From an uncultured Rhabdochlamydiaceae bacterium (GTDB lineage: Bacteria > Chlamydiota > Chlamydiia > Chlamydiales > Rhabdochlamydiaceae): a stretch of 64,000 bases of DNA. The number at the start of each line of letters is the position of its first letter. Position 1 is the first letter of the stretch. The position numbers and the translations under genes are program-made. The stretch covers positions 1,852,169-1,916,168 of the forward strand of contig CAVQHD010000001.1 of NCBI GenBank assembly GCA_963712275.1, in the 5' to 3' direction. Below, in pieces: positions 1 through 9,145 of this stretch. The notes beneath the pieces were generated by a model. It had not been told where the DNA came from, made no database searches, and saw only the letters and a program-made list of their open reading frames with translations.

Positions 1-160
1 TTGCCTTAGGACAATACTCTTCTATAAATCTCCGGATTTTCTCTGCAGTCCCTTTCTCTTCAGGAGGTAAGGAATTACTTGAATTTCCGATTTGTTGAAT
101 CGTGGAAGATGGGATAGAAGATTCTGGAAAATTAGTTTTTGCTGCCATAATCGAAACCAT
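1..160 (-). CDS. N-terminal part of a hypothetical protein (runs off the window)
   Basis: Open minus-strand frame from ATG at 160 (or 148): MVSIMAAKTNFPESSIPSSTIQQIGNSSNSLPPEEKG..., with no stop before the window edge; Ser/Pro-rich N-terminus. Confidence 0.5.
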   Translation of the reverse strand, partial: MVSIMAAKTNFPESSIPSSTIQQIGNSSNSLPPEEKGTAEKIRRFIEEYCPKA

Positions 161-233
161 GGTACCAAATCGGCCAATAAATGATGAGGTAAATTTCTAG
201 AAATTAATGCCTAGTTTACGTTAGACTTTTAGT

Positions 234-440
234 ATGATTTCAAATGATTTATTGGCTTATCTACCCCATGAGATTTCTCGTAAAATTTTAACTATATATT
301 GCGATTCTCCCACCATTGGCAACGTTGCTCAGGTTTGTAGATCTTGGAACAATCACGTTGCTTTAGGAAGCTTTATTCTCGTAAAAGCAATCTCCGCGAA
401 AATCCGCCACTCACTTCCTGCCTATCCAAAAATGAGATAA
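234..440 (+). CDS. Small F-box-like protein or truncated effector fragment
   Basis: [13 protein letters not shown]...VAQVCRSW resembles the F-box pattern LPxEI..IF...VCKxW; only 68 aa. Confidence 0.45.
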   Translation: MISNDLLAYLPHEISRKILTIYCDSPTIGNVAQVCRSWNNHVALGSFILVKAISAKIRHSLPAYPKMR

Positions 441-459
441 GCGCATACAATACTCCGAC

Positions 460-2268
460 ATGCCGCTCTACAATCGAAAGCTCATTCGAAATTTTTCTAT
501 CATCGCTCACATCGACCACGGTAAATCGACGATCGCCGACAGGCTTCTGCAACTGACAGGAACAATCCCCGATCGGGAAATGGAAGAGCAGGTGCTCGAC
601 AACATGGACCTTGAACGGGAGCGCGGGATCACGATCAAAGCCCATCCTGTGACAATGACCTATCACGCGGATGATGGGCAAACCTACCAAATCAATTTCA
701 TCGATACGCCGGGGCATGTCGACTTCTCCTACGAGGTCTCCCGCTCTCTTTCCGCCTGCGAAGGGGCTCTTCTAGTTGTTGACGCTGTGCAGGGCGTCCA
801 AGCCCAAAGTCTTGCAAATGTCCACTTAGCGATTGAACGAAACCTTGAAATTGTGCCTGTGATTAACAAAATCGACCTTCCTTCAGCCGATACTGAGTCT
901 GTAAAAAAACAAATTGAAGATGTAATTGGGCTTGAGACGTCCAATACCGTCCTATGCTCGGCAAAACTGGGTGTTGGCATTAAAGAGGTTTTAGAAAGCA
1001 TTCTCATCCTTGTCCCTCCTCCGAAAGAGCCGGTTGATGACCTTTTACGCGCTTTGATCTTTGACTCCCATTATGACACCTATCGGGGTGTGATGGTCTA
1101 TGTTCGCATCATCAGCGGTGAGGTGACAAAAAAATCGGTAGTCATGATGATGGCCACTGGAAAAAGCTACGAAGTGCTGGAAGTCGGCATTTTCATTCCG
1201 GGAGCGCAAGCTGTTGAAAAGCTCCAGCCCGGAGAAGTCGGCTACGTCATTGCCAACATCAAAAACACCTCGGACGTCAAAATCGGCGACACGCTCACCT
1301 CTTCCCGATCCCCTGCGGAGGAGCCCCTCCCCGGTTTTCGCGTTATCTCCCCTGTCGTCTTTGCAGGGATTTATCCCGTTGATTCGAGCGATTTCGAGAC
1401 TCTTCGTGACGCTCTTTATAAACTTCAGCTCAACGATTCTGCTCTTTACGTCGAACAAGAGAGCAGCATGGCGCTTGGCTTTGGCTTCCGGTGCGGATTC
1501 CTAGGACTCCTTCACCTAGAGATTGTATTTGAAAGGCTGCAGCGGCATTTCAACCTCGACATCATTACAACCGCTCCCTCTGTTGTCTACAAGTTTACCC
1601 TCACAAATGGAGAAGAGAAGTCCATTGACAATGTGGCCCACTACCCCGATCCTGCGCAAATCAATTTTGTGCAAGAGCCTTGGGTCAAATGCCACATTAT
1701 GGCGCCAGCAGAGTATCTCGGAGCTATCATGAGCCTTGGCATCGACAAACGGGGGAAACTGGATAAAACAGAGACGATGGATGCGTCACGGCTTCTTCTC
1801 ACCTATTCTCTTCCCCTCAACGAAATTATCACAGACTTTAATGACAAGTTAAAATCGGTGACGCGCGGCTATGGCTCTTTCGATTATGAATTCGACTGTT
1901 ATGAAGAGAGCGACATCATCAAACTTGAAATCCGCGTAAATGAAGAGCCCGTCGACGCCTTCTCCTGCCTTGTCCACCGCTCAAAAGCAGAATCAAGAGG
2001 GCGAGCCATTTGTAAAAAATTGGTCGAAGTCATCCCAATGCAGCAGTTCAAAGTGCCTGTTCAAGCAGCCATTGGAGGTAAAGTGATCGCCCGTGAAACA
2101 ATCCGCGCGCTCACCAAAAACGTCACCGCTAAGTGTTACGGAGGCGACATCACCCGTAAACGGAAACTTTGGGAAAAGCAAAAAGAGGGAAAAAAACGGA
2201 TGAAAGAGATTGGGAAAGTCAACATTCCCCAATCTGCTTTCATGGAAGTCCTTAAAGCTACTGAGTAA
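460..2268 (+). CDS. lepA: Translation elongation factor 4 (LepA)
   Basis: [41 protein letters not shown]; 602 aa. Confidence 0.99.
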   Translation: MPLYNRKLIRNFSIIAHIDHGKSTIADRLLQLTGTIPDREMEEQVLDNMDLERERGITIKAHPVTMTYHADDGQTYQINFIDTPGHVDFSYEVSRSLSACEGALLVVDAVQGVQAQSLANVHLAIERNLEIVPVINKIDLPSADTESVKKQIEDVIGLETSNTVLCSAKLGVGIKEVLESILILVPPPKEPVDDLLRALIFDSHYDTYRGVMVYVRIISGEVTKKSVVMMMATGKSYEVLEVGIFIPGAQAVEKLQPGEVGYVIANIKNTSDVKIGDTLTSSRSPAEEPLPGFRVISPVVFAGIYPVDSSDFETLRDALYKLQLNDSALYVEQESSMALGFGFRCGFLGLLHLEIVFERLQRHFNLDIITTAPSVVYKFTLTNGEEKSIDNVAHYPDPAQINFVQEPWVKCHIMAPAEYLGAIMSLGIDKRGKLDKTETMDASRLLLTYSLPLNEIITDFNDKLKSVTRGYGSFDYEFDCYEESDIIKLEIRVNEEPVDAFSCLVHRSKAESRGRAICKKLVEVIPMQQFKVPVQAAIGGKVIARETIRALTKNVTAKCYGGDITRKRKLWEKQKEGKKRMKEIGKVNIPQSAFMEVLKATE

Positions 2269-2818
2269 CCTTCGACGTCATTTTCAAAATCTTTGTCTCT
2301 ACTGAAGGACGGCCGCTTTGACTTCCTGTTCCCTCAATTTTCTTCACCACATCATACCCTTGCGTGACTTTGCCAAAAATGGTGTGCTTCATATTGAGCC
2401 AAGAAGTAGGGGCCGTTGTAATAAAAAATTGGCTTCCATTCGTGTTCGGACCTGAATTGGCCATGGCAAGAAGACCTGGCTGATCGAATTGAACCTCATT
2501 TTTACACTCATCTTCAAACTTTTTCCCCCAAATGGACTGCCCTCCCCTTCCAGTTTTTTCAGGATCTCCCCCTTGAATCATGAACTGAGGAATCACCCGA
2601 TGAAAAATGGTTCCATTGTAATAGCTTTTCTCTGCAAGCCTGAGAAAATTCTCACATGCCTTAGGTGCAATTTCCGGAAATAACGTCACTTCGACGACTC
2701 CAGCCGTTGTTTCAATGATGACAACAGGTTGCTTCTTTTCCATTACTTGGTTCTCCTCTGTAAATGCGGGGCATGCAAATAGTAAAAAGGCAAGCCCTAG
2801 TTTTTGAATCCACTCCAT
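2258..2818 (-). CDS. Cyclophilin-type peptidyl-prolyl cis-trans isomerase with signal peptide
   Basis: [40 protein letters not shown]; hydrophobic N-terminus. Confidence 0.96.
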   Translation of the reverse strand: MEWIQKLGLAFLLFACPAFTEENQVMEKKQPVVIIETTAGVVEVTLFPEIAPKACENFLRLAEKSYYNGTIFHRVIPQFMIQGGDPEKTGRGGQSIWGKKFEDECKNEVQFDQPGLLAMANSGPNTNGSQFFITTAPTSWLNMKHTIFGKVTQGYDVVKKIEGTGSQSGRPSVETKILKMTSKVTQ

Positions 2819-2846
2819 ATAAATCTCCTTTTAACTTGGGTTGTAA

Positions 2847-3094
2847 CTACTCACCTACCTCGCTAGCAGAGGGAGGATCGGGCAAGGCAACGGGCACGGT
2901 AACGTTCACGAAAGAAGTCACCTGAGCCATTTTTGTTAACATCGAAACGAGACGCATTAGCAATTCACGCCCTTGCTTATATTGCGCTTCTTGCACCAGA
3001 CGCAATCTTCGGCATATATCAAAATCACCAACTCCATTGCTGCTTGATAGACGTCTAATTTTTCATGGTCAAAATAACTTACCTTTGCCCCCAT
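2847..3094 (-). pseudogene. Internally deleted four-helix-bundle protein gene (23S rRNA IVP/bAvd-like family)
   Basis: From ATG 3094: MGAKVSYFDHEKLDVYQAAMELVIL (family N-terminus). A second frame gives DICRRLRLVQEAQYKQGRELLMRLVSMLTKMAQ (family C-terminus). The central part is absent. Confidence 0.75.
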
Positions 3095-3227
3095 GAAGCA
3101 CGTGAGGATGCAGTATAGCAAACAAGCGTTATTAATGAGGATAAAAATTTACTGACTCATTATTTGAGAAAACCCACTGTAGGCTTTTCTTTCGTGAACG
3201 TTATCGTGCCCGTTCCCCTGCCCGATC
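2876..3227. repeat. 41-bp inverted repeat pair (2876-2916 / 3187-3227) bracketing the four-helix-bundle remnant
   Basis: GATCGGGCAAGGCAACGGGCACGGTAACGTTCACGAAAGAA versus the reverse complement of 3187-3227; 3 mismatches. Confidence 0.92.
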
Positions 3228-3233
3228 TTTTTC

Positions 3234-4655
3234 CTACATCCAATTCGTATGAAAAAATTGACCGCGCGGCTGATCCACACGCTCATACGTATGCGCCCCA
3301 AAGAAATCTCTCTGAGCTTGAATCAGGTTCGCCGGAAGCCTTGCGCACGTATACCCATCAAAAAATGTCAGAGCCGAAGCAAGCGTTGGCACAGGGGTCC
3401 CTGACTGAACCGCTACAGCAACAACATCCCTCCAACTCTCTAGACACCGGTTAATCTCTTGATGAAAAAAAGCATCGATGAGAAGGCAGGGAAGATCGGC
3501 CACTTTAGCAAATGCTTTCTGAATATCTCCCAAAAATTGACTCCGAATGATACACCCCCCTCTCCATAGAAGAGCAATCGTTCCATAGTTTAGCGCCCAT
3601 CCCCTTTCTTTAGCCGCCGCCTGCATGAGCATAAACCCTTGCGCATAACTGACAATTTTAGAGGCGTAAAGAGCGTGTTTCACTTTCTCAATAAACGATG
3701 CCTTGTCCACAGAAACGGGTTTTTTAGTCACCCCGTAAAGAACAGAGGCTTTCATCCGCTGCTCTTTAAGGGCGGAAAGATCCCTGGCAAAGACCGCCTC
3801 TGCAATGAGCGTGACGGGAACCCCTAAATCAAAAGCCGCGATTCCTGTCCACTTCCCCGTCCCTTTTTGCCCCGCCGTATCCAAAATTTTATCCAGCAAA
3901 AGATGCCCATCTTCCCCGTCTTTTGCAAAGATTTTTGCCGTAATTTCAATTAAATAACTCTTTAGTTCCCCTTTGTTCCACTCAGAGAAAATCTGCTCAA
4001 TCTCACTTGAGCTGCACTTGACAACGTCTCGAAGAAGGTGGTATGCCTCCGCAATCAGCTGCATATCGCCATACTCAATTCCGTTATGGACCATTTTCAC
4101 ATAGTGCCCAGCTCCCCCCTCCCCGACCCAATCACAGCACGGGACTCCATCGCCTGCCTTCGCTGCAATCGCTTGAAATATCGGTTTTATCACCCCCCAC
4201 GCTTTCGGACTTCCTCCCGGCATAATCGAAGGCCCATGCCGCGCTCCCTCCTCGCCTCCCGATACACCGACCCCCAAAAAAAGAATCCCTTTTTCTTCCA
4301 GCTGCTGAACCCGCCGCTCAGTATCCACATAATGGCTGTTACCACCATCAATTAAAATATCTCCTTTCTCGAGGAAAGGAAGACACTCTTCGATCAAATC
4401 GTCGACAGGCGGTCCAGCCTTTACCATCAACATCACCTTGCGAGGCCGTTTTAGTTGGGTAAAAAATTCTTTAAGCGAGTGAGCCCCTATCACATTCGTT
4501 CCACGAGCAGCTCCCTGCAAAAATTCATCCACCTTTGAAACCGTGCGGTTAAACACCACAACCCTCTGTCCATGGTCATTTAAGTTCAGAACCAAATTTT
4601 GCCCCATCACCGCAAGCCCGATTAAGCCGATATCTGCTTCCATAGATTCCTTCAT
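3234..4655 (-). CDS. gnd: 6-phosphogluconate dehydrogenase, NADP-dependent, decarboxylating
   Basis: IGLIGLAVMGQNL, DGGNSHY, YVKMVHNGIEYGDMQ, QAQRDFFGAHTY. Confidence 0.99.
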   Translation of the reverse strand: MKESMEADIGLIGLAVMGQNLVLNLNDHGQRVVVFNRTVSKVDEFLQGAARGTNVIGAHSLKEFFTQLKRPRKVMLMVKAGPPVDDLIEECLPFLEKGDILIDGGNSHYVDTERRVQQLEEKGILFLGVGVSGGEEGARHGPSIMPGGSPKAWGVIKPIFQAIAAKAGDGVPCCDWVGEGGAGHYVKMVHNGIEYGDMQLIAEAYHLLRDVVKCSSSEIEQIFSEWNKGELKSYLIEITAKIFAKDGEDGHLLLDKILDTAGQKGTGKWTGIAAFDLGVPVTLIAEAVFARDLSALKEQRMKASVLYGVTKKPVSVDKASFIEKVKHALYASKIVSYAQGFMLMQAAAKERGWALNYGTIALLWRGGCIIRSQFLGDIQKAFAKVADLPCLLIDAFFHQEINRCLESWRDVVAVAVQSGTPVPTLASALTFFDGYTCARLPANLIQAQRDFFGAHTYERVDQPRGQFFHTNWM

Positions 4656-4679
4656 TTACGTATACTCGTTTTCTCTCAT

Positions 4680-4753
4680 GTCCTCGTAGCTCAGGTGGAT
4701 AGAGCGGTCGCCTCCTAAGCGGCAGGTCGCGCGTTCAACTCGCGCCGAGGACG
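4680..4753 (+). tRNA. tRNA-Arg (anticodon CCT)
   Basis: Acceptor stem GTCCTCG/CGAGGAC, D-arm GCTC...GAGC, anticodon loop CT-CCT-AA, T-arm GCGCG-TTCAACT-CGCGC; CCA not encoded. Confidence 0.96.
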
Positions 4754-4900
4754 AATTCTCTAGGATATCCACCTCACGATAAAGAATCAAAAGTCAAATA
4801 AAGATTTGCATTTTAGTCTCCAAAAAAGTCTTATCATTTAATATTAATGCAAGATTGTTTATATTAATTTAAATTAATTAAAGATCTGAGGTCTTTTTAA

Positions 4901-6760
4901 ATGAGTTTATTAGATTTTGCTATTCATGGCATGTTACATGTGCTAGATGACACGCCTTCTTATCCATGGAGCCAAGAGCTGAGTGCAAGCGACGCTCTTC
5001 CCACCAATACCATTAAAAAAATTATTACTTTCCTAGCCTCTCACCCAAATCAAGAGATGGAGCAAAAATTACAAGACAAAATTGTAGATCTTAACGGCTT
5101 ACTTCCCAAGGAAATCGATGAAGTCGACCGCACGCAGCTTGAGATCATTCAAAGGGTAGTTTCTCTCTCAAAGCTCAAGACAGCTTTCAATGCACCAGAT
5201 CCAACAGCTCTAGCAAAAAGCGAAGCCAAAATCGCTCCTGAACCCTCTAAAAACCTCGATCAAATCACTGCTTCTGCTTTTTATATCCAAGCATTAGGTA
5301 TTCTCTCTTCTATGATATTAGAATGGGTTTATCGAATGGAATCATGGGGAAGATCGATGATTAATCGGTATACCGAAATACCGACATCCATCACAGATCT
5401 TTTATCAATAGTCACATTTACTAAAATGTTCTATGAAAAAATTATCTCTCTCCATCAACTCCCCCATAAGTATATCCCAACTCCATGGGCCTATATTGTA
5501 GAGCTGATGGCAATGAGCGGCTTTATTGGATTATATCGCTTTTATCGAAAAAATAATTTTTGCATGACTAGACGATTAAGAGGCCATTACAATGAAAGAA
5601 GGGACAAGTTTATAAACCTTACAGACAAGGCACGCTTAGGAACTCTCTCAAAAACCATTGGAAGAACCCAAGAGATGGAAGCCCTCAAGCTTCATGTCAG
5701 TTCAAGTCCCTTGGAAAAAGGATCTCTTATTTTTCTTATCGGCCCTCCAGGGGTAGGAAAAACTCAACTCGTTGAAGGGCTTGCTGCTATTCTAGACAAC
5801 ATCACCATCTATTCAGTGAATACAGCAGAACTTGATTCTTTTACGTACGAGATTGACCATATTCAGGCAGCAACTCAAGCGCAAGCACAGCGACCTATTT
5901 TCTTTTTTGATGAGGCTGCCGCCACCCATAGAGGATCTAAATCTCCGAATCAGTTCCTCCATCTCTTTAAAACCAAACCTCAAGCTATGAATATGACGGC
6001 GATTCTTGCAACAACAGAGGAGGAATATAAGCAGTTCATTGAGATCGATCCTGCTTTTGTCGAGCGCGTACGACCAATCCACCTCAATTCTTTAGATAAG
6101 GACACGACAAAGCTCGTTTTACAAGACATTGTCTCTCGTACAAAGACTGAAATTACATCGGAAGCAATCGATAAAATTTTAGAGATTACTGAGACGCATG
6201 ACGAATACAAAGACCGAGCCAATCCTCGCAAAAGCATCCAATTGCTGGAGGTCTGCATTAAACAATCTTGCGTGCAACACTCCCCTTCTCCGAAGACCCC
6301 TGGTGATGAAAGCGCAGCAGAGGCTGCATTTCATAAAAAGCAGTTTTTTTGCCAATCTAAAAACGACCAAGACCCAGCATGGATCACAAGTGAAGAAGGG
6401 AAAAAGGAAATGAAAGAGCGAGATGCCCTTGAAGAAAAGATGAATCAATCGAAGGCCAAACACGCTCCTGAGATTCAACAACAGGATCGTTTCAGGAAAC
6501 TCAAAGAATTGGAGAAAGAATATAAGCTAGAAAAAGACCGGCTGGTTCATCAGCTCAGCAGCTCCACGAGAAACAGCCCAAACGCAGAAAAAAGGTACCT
6601 TTTCCTCAAATTTGTTCTAATTCCACGCCTCAGAGAGATTCTTCAAACATCGCCCATTGCGTTTAAGGTTGACGTCCCGCTTGTCGAAAACCTCGTAGCA
6701 AATAACCCAGCGGTAAAACCACCGAATTCGACCTCCAGTAAGCAGCTTGAACAGGTATGA
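4901..6760 (+). CDS. Divergent single-domain ClpA/B-like AAA+ ATPase with a novel, partly hydrophobic N-terminus
   Basis: Walker A GPPGVGKT, Walker B FFFDEA, ILATTEEEYKQFIEIDPAFVER and RANPRKSIQLLE resemble Clp NBD1 motifs; coiled-coil tail, no second NBD. Confidence 0.8.
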   Translation: MSLLDFAIHGMLHVLDDTPSYPWSQELSASDALPTNTIKKIITFLASHPNQEMEQKLQDKIVDLNGLLPKEIDEVDRTQLEIIQRVVSLSKLKTAFNAPDPTALAKSEAKIAPEPSKNLDQITASAFYIQALGILSSMILEWVYRMESWGRSMINRYTEIPTSITDLLSIVTFTKMFYEKIISLHQLPHKYIPTPWAYIVELMAMSGFIGLYRFYRKNNFCMTRRLRGHYNERRDKFINLTDKARLGTLSKTIGRTQEMEALKLHVSSSPLEKGSLIFLIGPPGVGKTQLVEGLAAILDNITIYSVNTAELDSFTYEIDHIQAATQAQAQRPIFFFDEAAATHRGSKSPNQFLHLFKTKPQAMNMTAILATTEEEYKQFIEIDPAFVERVRPIHLNSLDKDTTKLVLQDIVSRTKTEITSEAIDKILEITETHDEYKDRANPRKSIQLLEVCIKQSCVQHSPSPKTPGDESAAEAAFHKKQFFCQSKNDQDPAWITSEEGKKEMKERDALEEKMNQSKAKHAPEIQQQDRFRKLKELEKEYKLEKDRLVHQLSSSTRNSPNAEKRYLFLKFVLIPRLREILQTSPIAFKVDVPLVENLVANNPAVKPPNSTSSKQLEQV

Positions 6761-6810
6761 GAGGCGGATACTGAATCCGTAGACAGCTTCTAAATCATCG
6801 AACCCCTCGT

Positions 6811-7497
6811 TTAAATCTTAAGGTTCTTATGGATGCCGTCGGCAATGCCTCTGGCAATTTTTTCGAGGTATTCTTTCTCACGAAGATTCGTTCTTTCCTG
6901 AGCGTTCGTCATAAATCCCCCCTCAACTAAAATCGCCGGCATCTTTGTTTCACGAATCACATGGAAATTCCCCTTTTTGACCCCTCGGGAAAGGGCGTTC
7001 GTTCGATGGATCAGCTCTGTTAAGACAGCGCCTGCCAGCTTACGCGATTGCTGTGTCCGCTTTGAGTCAGCTCCCCCATGATAAAAGATTTCGATCCCAT
7101 GGGCATCAGGGGAAGGAGAAGAGTTATAGTGGATGCTGACAAAGAGGGCTGCCTTTGTCCTATTTGCAATCGACACCCTTCGGTGGAGCGGAATAAAGAC
7201 ATCCTTACTCCGAGTCATGATGACGCGATATCCCATTTCATCGAGATATTTACGTAAGAGAAGCGTTGTCATGAGCGTCAGTTTTTTCTCCATGAAATAA
7301 TGGACTTTTGCCCCCTCGTCGCTTCCCCCATGCCCAGGGTCTAAAATGATTAAGGGCTTGGCATGCTGAGGAACTGAAATTTTATAGGTTCTCAGCGGCT
7401 TGTATCCGATAATCCCCGAGTCAGCTGATAAAAGGGTCAGAGGTAAAAAGAAAAAAAGAGCAATCCACAGAGAACGCATGAAGCTAGAGTTTATCAT
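6811..7497 (-). CDS. amiA: N-acetylmuramoyl-L-alanine amidase (Amidase_3)
   Basis: IILDPGHGG, FVSIHYNS, PAILVEGGF; follows murE as in chlamydiae. Confidence 0.93.
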   Translation of the reverse strand: MINSSFMRSLWIALFFFLPLTLLSADSGIIGYKPLRTYKISVPQHAKPLIILDPGHGGSDEGAKVHYFMEKKLTLMTTLLLRKYLDEMGYRVIMTRSKDVFIPLHRRVSIANRTKAALFVSIHYNSSPSPDAHGIEIFYHGGADSKRTQQSRKLAGAVLTELIHRTNALSRGVKKGNFHVIRETKMPAILVEGGFMTNAQERTNLREKEYLEKIARGIADGIHKNLKI

Positions 7498-7519
7498 ATC
7501 AGTTTACCGACTGCAAGCA

Positions 7520-7696
7520 TGTTGACTCGTGCTTATTTACATTTCTTCACCACAGAGACTCAGAGGGGGGATGAGATTGCACAGAGAAAAAAATTTTTCT
7601 CTGTGCAATCTCATCCCCCTTCCCCGGCCTCTGTGGTGAAGAAATGTAAATAAGCACGAGTCAACAAAGGTTTCAAATATTTGTTCTAATTTCCTA
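7520..7696. repeat. Long palindromic element, family A, copy 1 (hairpin 7520-7666; left end truncated)
   Basis: TGTTGACTCGTGCTTATTTACATTTCTTCACCACAGAG... pairs with ...CTCTGTGGTGAAGAAATGTAAATAAGCACGAGTCAACA. The right tail AAGGTTTCAAATATTTGTTCTAATTTCCTA ends on the murE stop codon. Confidence 0.92.
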
Positions 7697-9145
7697 TGCC
7701 CTGCAACATTGACGGGCAACTTCACGGTCGTCAAAATGAACCGTTTGACCAGCAAAAGTTTGAGTTGTTTCATGCCCTTTCCCTGCAATTAAAATGGTAT
7801 CCTGGGGGGTTGCAAGCTGAGTCGCTAGCTCAATCGCCTTACGGCGATCGAGCTCAAGGATCACTGCCTCTTTGCACCCTTTAAGAACTTGCCTTGCAAT
7901 CTCGCCTGGATCTTCACTGCGGGGGTTATCGGACGTGAGAATGGCAATATCTGAAAGTCGCTCTGCAATCGATCCCATGATGGGCCTCTTAGTCTGGTCG
8001 CGGTCGCCTCCACAGCCAAAGACCGTAATAAGCCGTCCCTGTTTAAATTCCTGGAGTGTTTTAAGAGCGTTTTCAAGAGAGTCTGGTGTGTGGGAATAGT
8101 CGACAAAAATTTGAAGATTTTTACCGTTCACCACCCGTTCAAGACGGCCGGGAATTCCCTCGAATGAGGCTATCTTTTGACTCACCTCCGAAAGGGTTAC
8201 CCCTCGAATAAGGGCAACTGCTGTCGCAGCTAAAATATTGTACACATTAAATCGACCCACGAGCCGTGTTTGAAATAGGACTTTCTCCTTCTGATAATGT
8301 ACTTCGAATTCCATCCCTTGCAAAGTCATCCGAAGATCTGCTGCGTACAGATCTGCGGAAAAGCTCATGCCATAGGTGAAAAGGCGAGCTTGAGACTTTG
8401 CTGTCATGAGAGAAGCTGCCGGATCATCGGCATTGATCAGAGCCCACGCTGAAGGAGTAAGAGATTCAAAAAGGAGTGCTTTAGCCGCTCCATACGCTTC
8501 CATCGTCTGATGGTAGTCAAGATGATCTTGGGTGAGATTGGTAAAGACGGCTATCTGAAAATCGATCCCTTCCACCCTTTTTTGGTGAAGGGCGTGAGAT
8601 GTAACCTCCATCACCACCGTGCGCACCCCTTCATGAACCATTTCTCCGAAAAGGTGCATCAGCGTGAGCGAATCGGGTGTCGTGAGGGTTGGGAGAACCG
8701 CTTTTTTTCCCGTGACCCAGGCAATCGTTCCAACCAGTCCACATAATATCCCTTTCTGCTCTAAAAGGTATTTGATGAGATAGGTCGTCGTTGTTTTTCC
8801 GTTGGTACCTGTCACTCCAATCATCTCAAGCTTGCGCGTCGGGTTATCGTAGAACCGCTGAGCTAGAAAAAGTTCAATTGAGCGGGGCTGTGGGTGGACC
8901 ACCTGCGTGATCTCTTTAAAGTGCGGGTTGTAGGTATCGGATAAAAGAGCTGCAGCCCCTTTTTGAATTGCCTCAGGAATAAATTTCGAGCCATCCGACT
9001 TTTGCCCTCGCTTGACGATAAAAAGAAAGCCTGGCGCCGCTTGTTTAGAATTAGCAGTTAAGCCTTTGACTTCAATCTCTTGATTCCCTCGGATCTCTGC
9101 TAAAGGAATCTCTTTGAATAGTTCATTAATCTTCAATGGTTCCAC
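7694..9145 (-). CDS. murE: UDP-N-acetylmuramoyl-L-alanyl-D-glutamate--2,6-diaminopimelate ligase
   Basis: GVTGTNGKTTT, TNLTQDHLDYH, FGCGGDRD, SDNPR (meso-DAP specificity motif), AGKGHE. Confidence 0.97.
   Translation of the reverse strand: MEPLKINELFKEIPLAEIRGNQEIEVKGLTANSKQAAPGFLFIVKRGQKSDGSKFIPEAIQKGAAALLSDTYNPHFKEITQVVHPQPRSIELFLAQRFYDNPTRKLEMIGVTGTNGKTTTTYLIKYLLEQKGILCGLVGTIAWVTGKKAVLPTLTTPDSLTLMHLFGEMVHEGVRTVVMEVTSHALHQKRVEGIDFQIAVFTNLTQDHLDYHQTMEAYGAAKALLFESLTPSAWALINADDPAASLMTAKSQARLFTYGMSFSADLYAADLRMTLQGMEFEVHYQKEKVLFQTRLVGRFNVYNILAATAVALIRGVTLSEVSQKIASFEGIPGRLERVVNGKNLQIFVDYSHTPDSLENALKTLQEFKQGRLITVFGCGGDRDQTKRPIMGSIAERLSDIAILTSDNPRSEDPGEIARQVLKGCKEAVILELDRRKAIELATQLATPQDTILIAGKGHETTQTFAGQTVHFDDREVARQCCRA

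Noticed and set aside
2847..3094. Diversity-generating retroelement suggested by the Avd-like fold
   Set aside because: No reverse transcriptase and no TR/VR pair differing at adenines were seen in the window.
4680..6800. tRNA-anchored genomic island
   Set aside because: No integrase and no duplicated tRNA 3' end were found; only one accessory gene follows.
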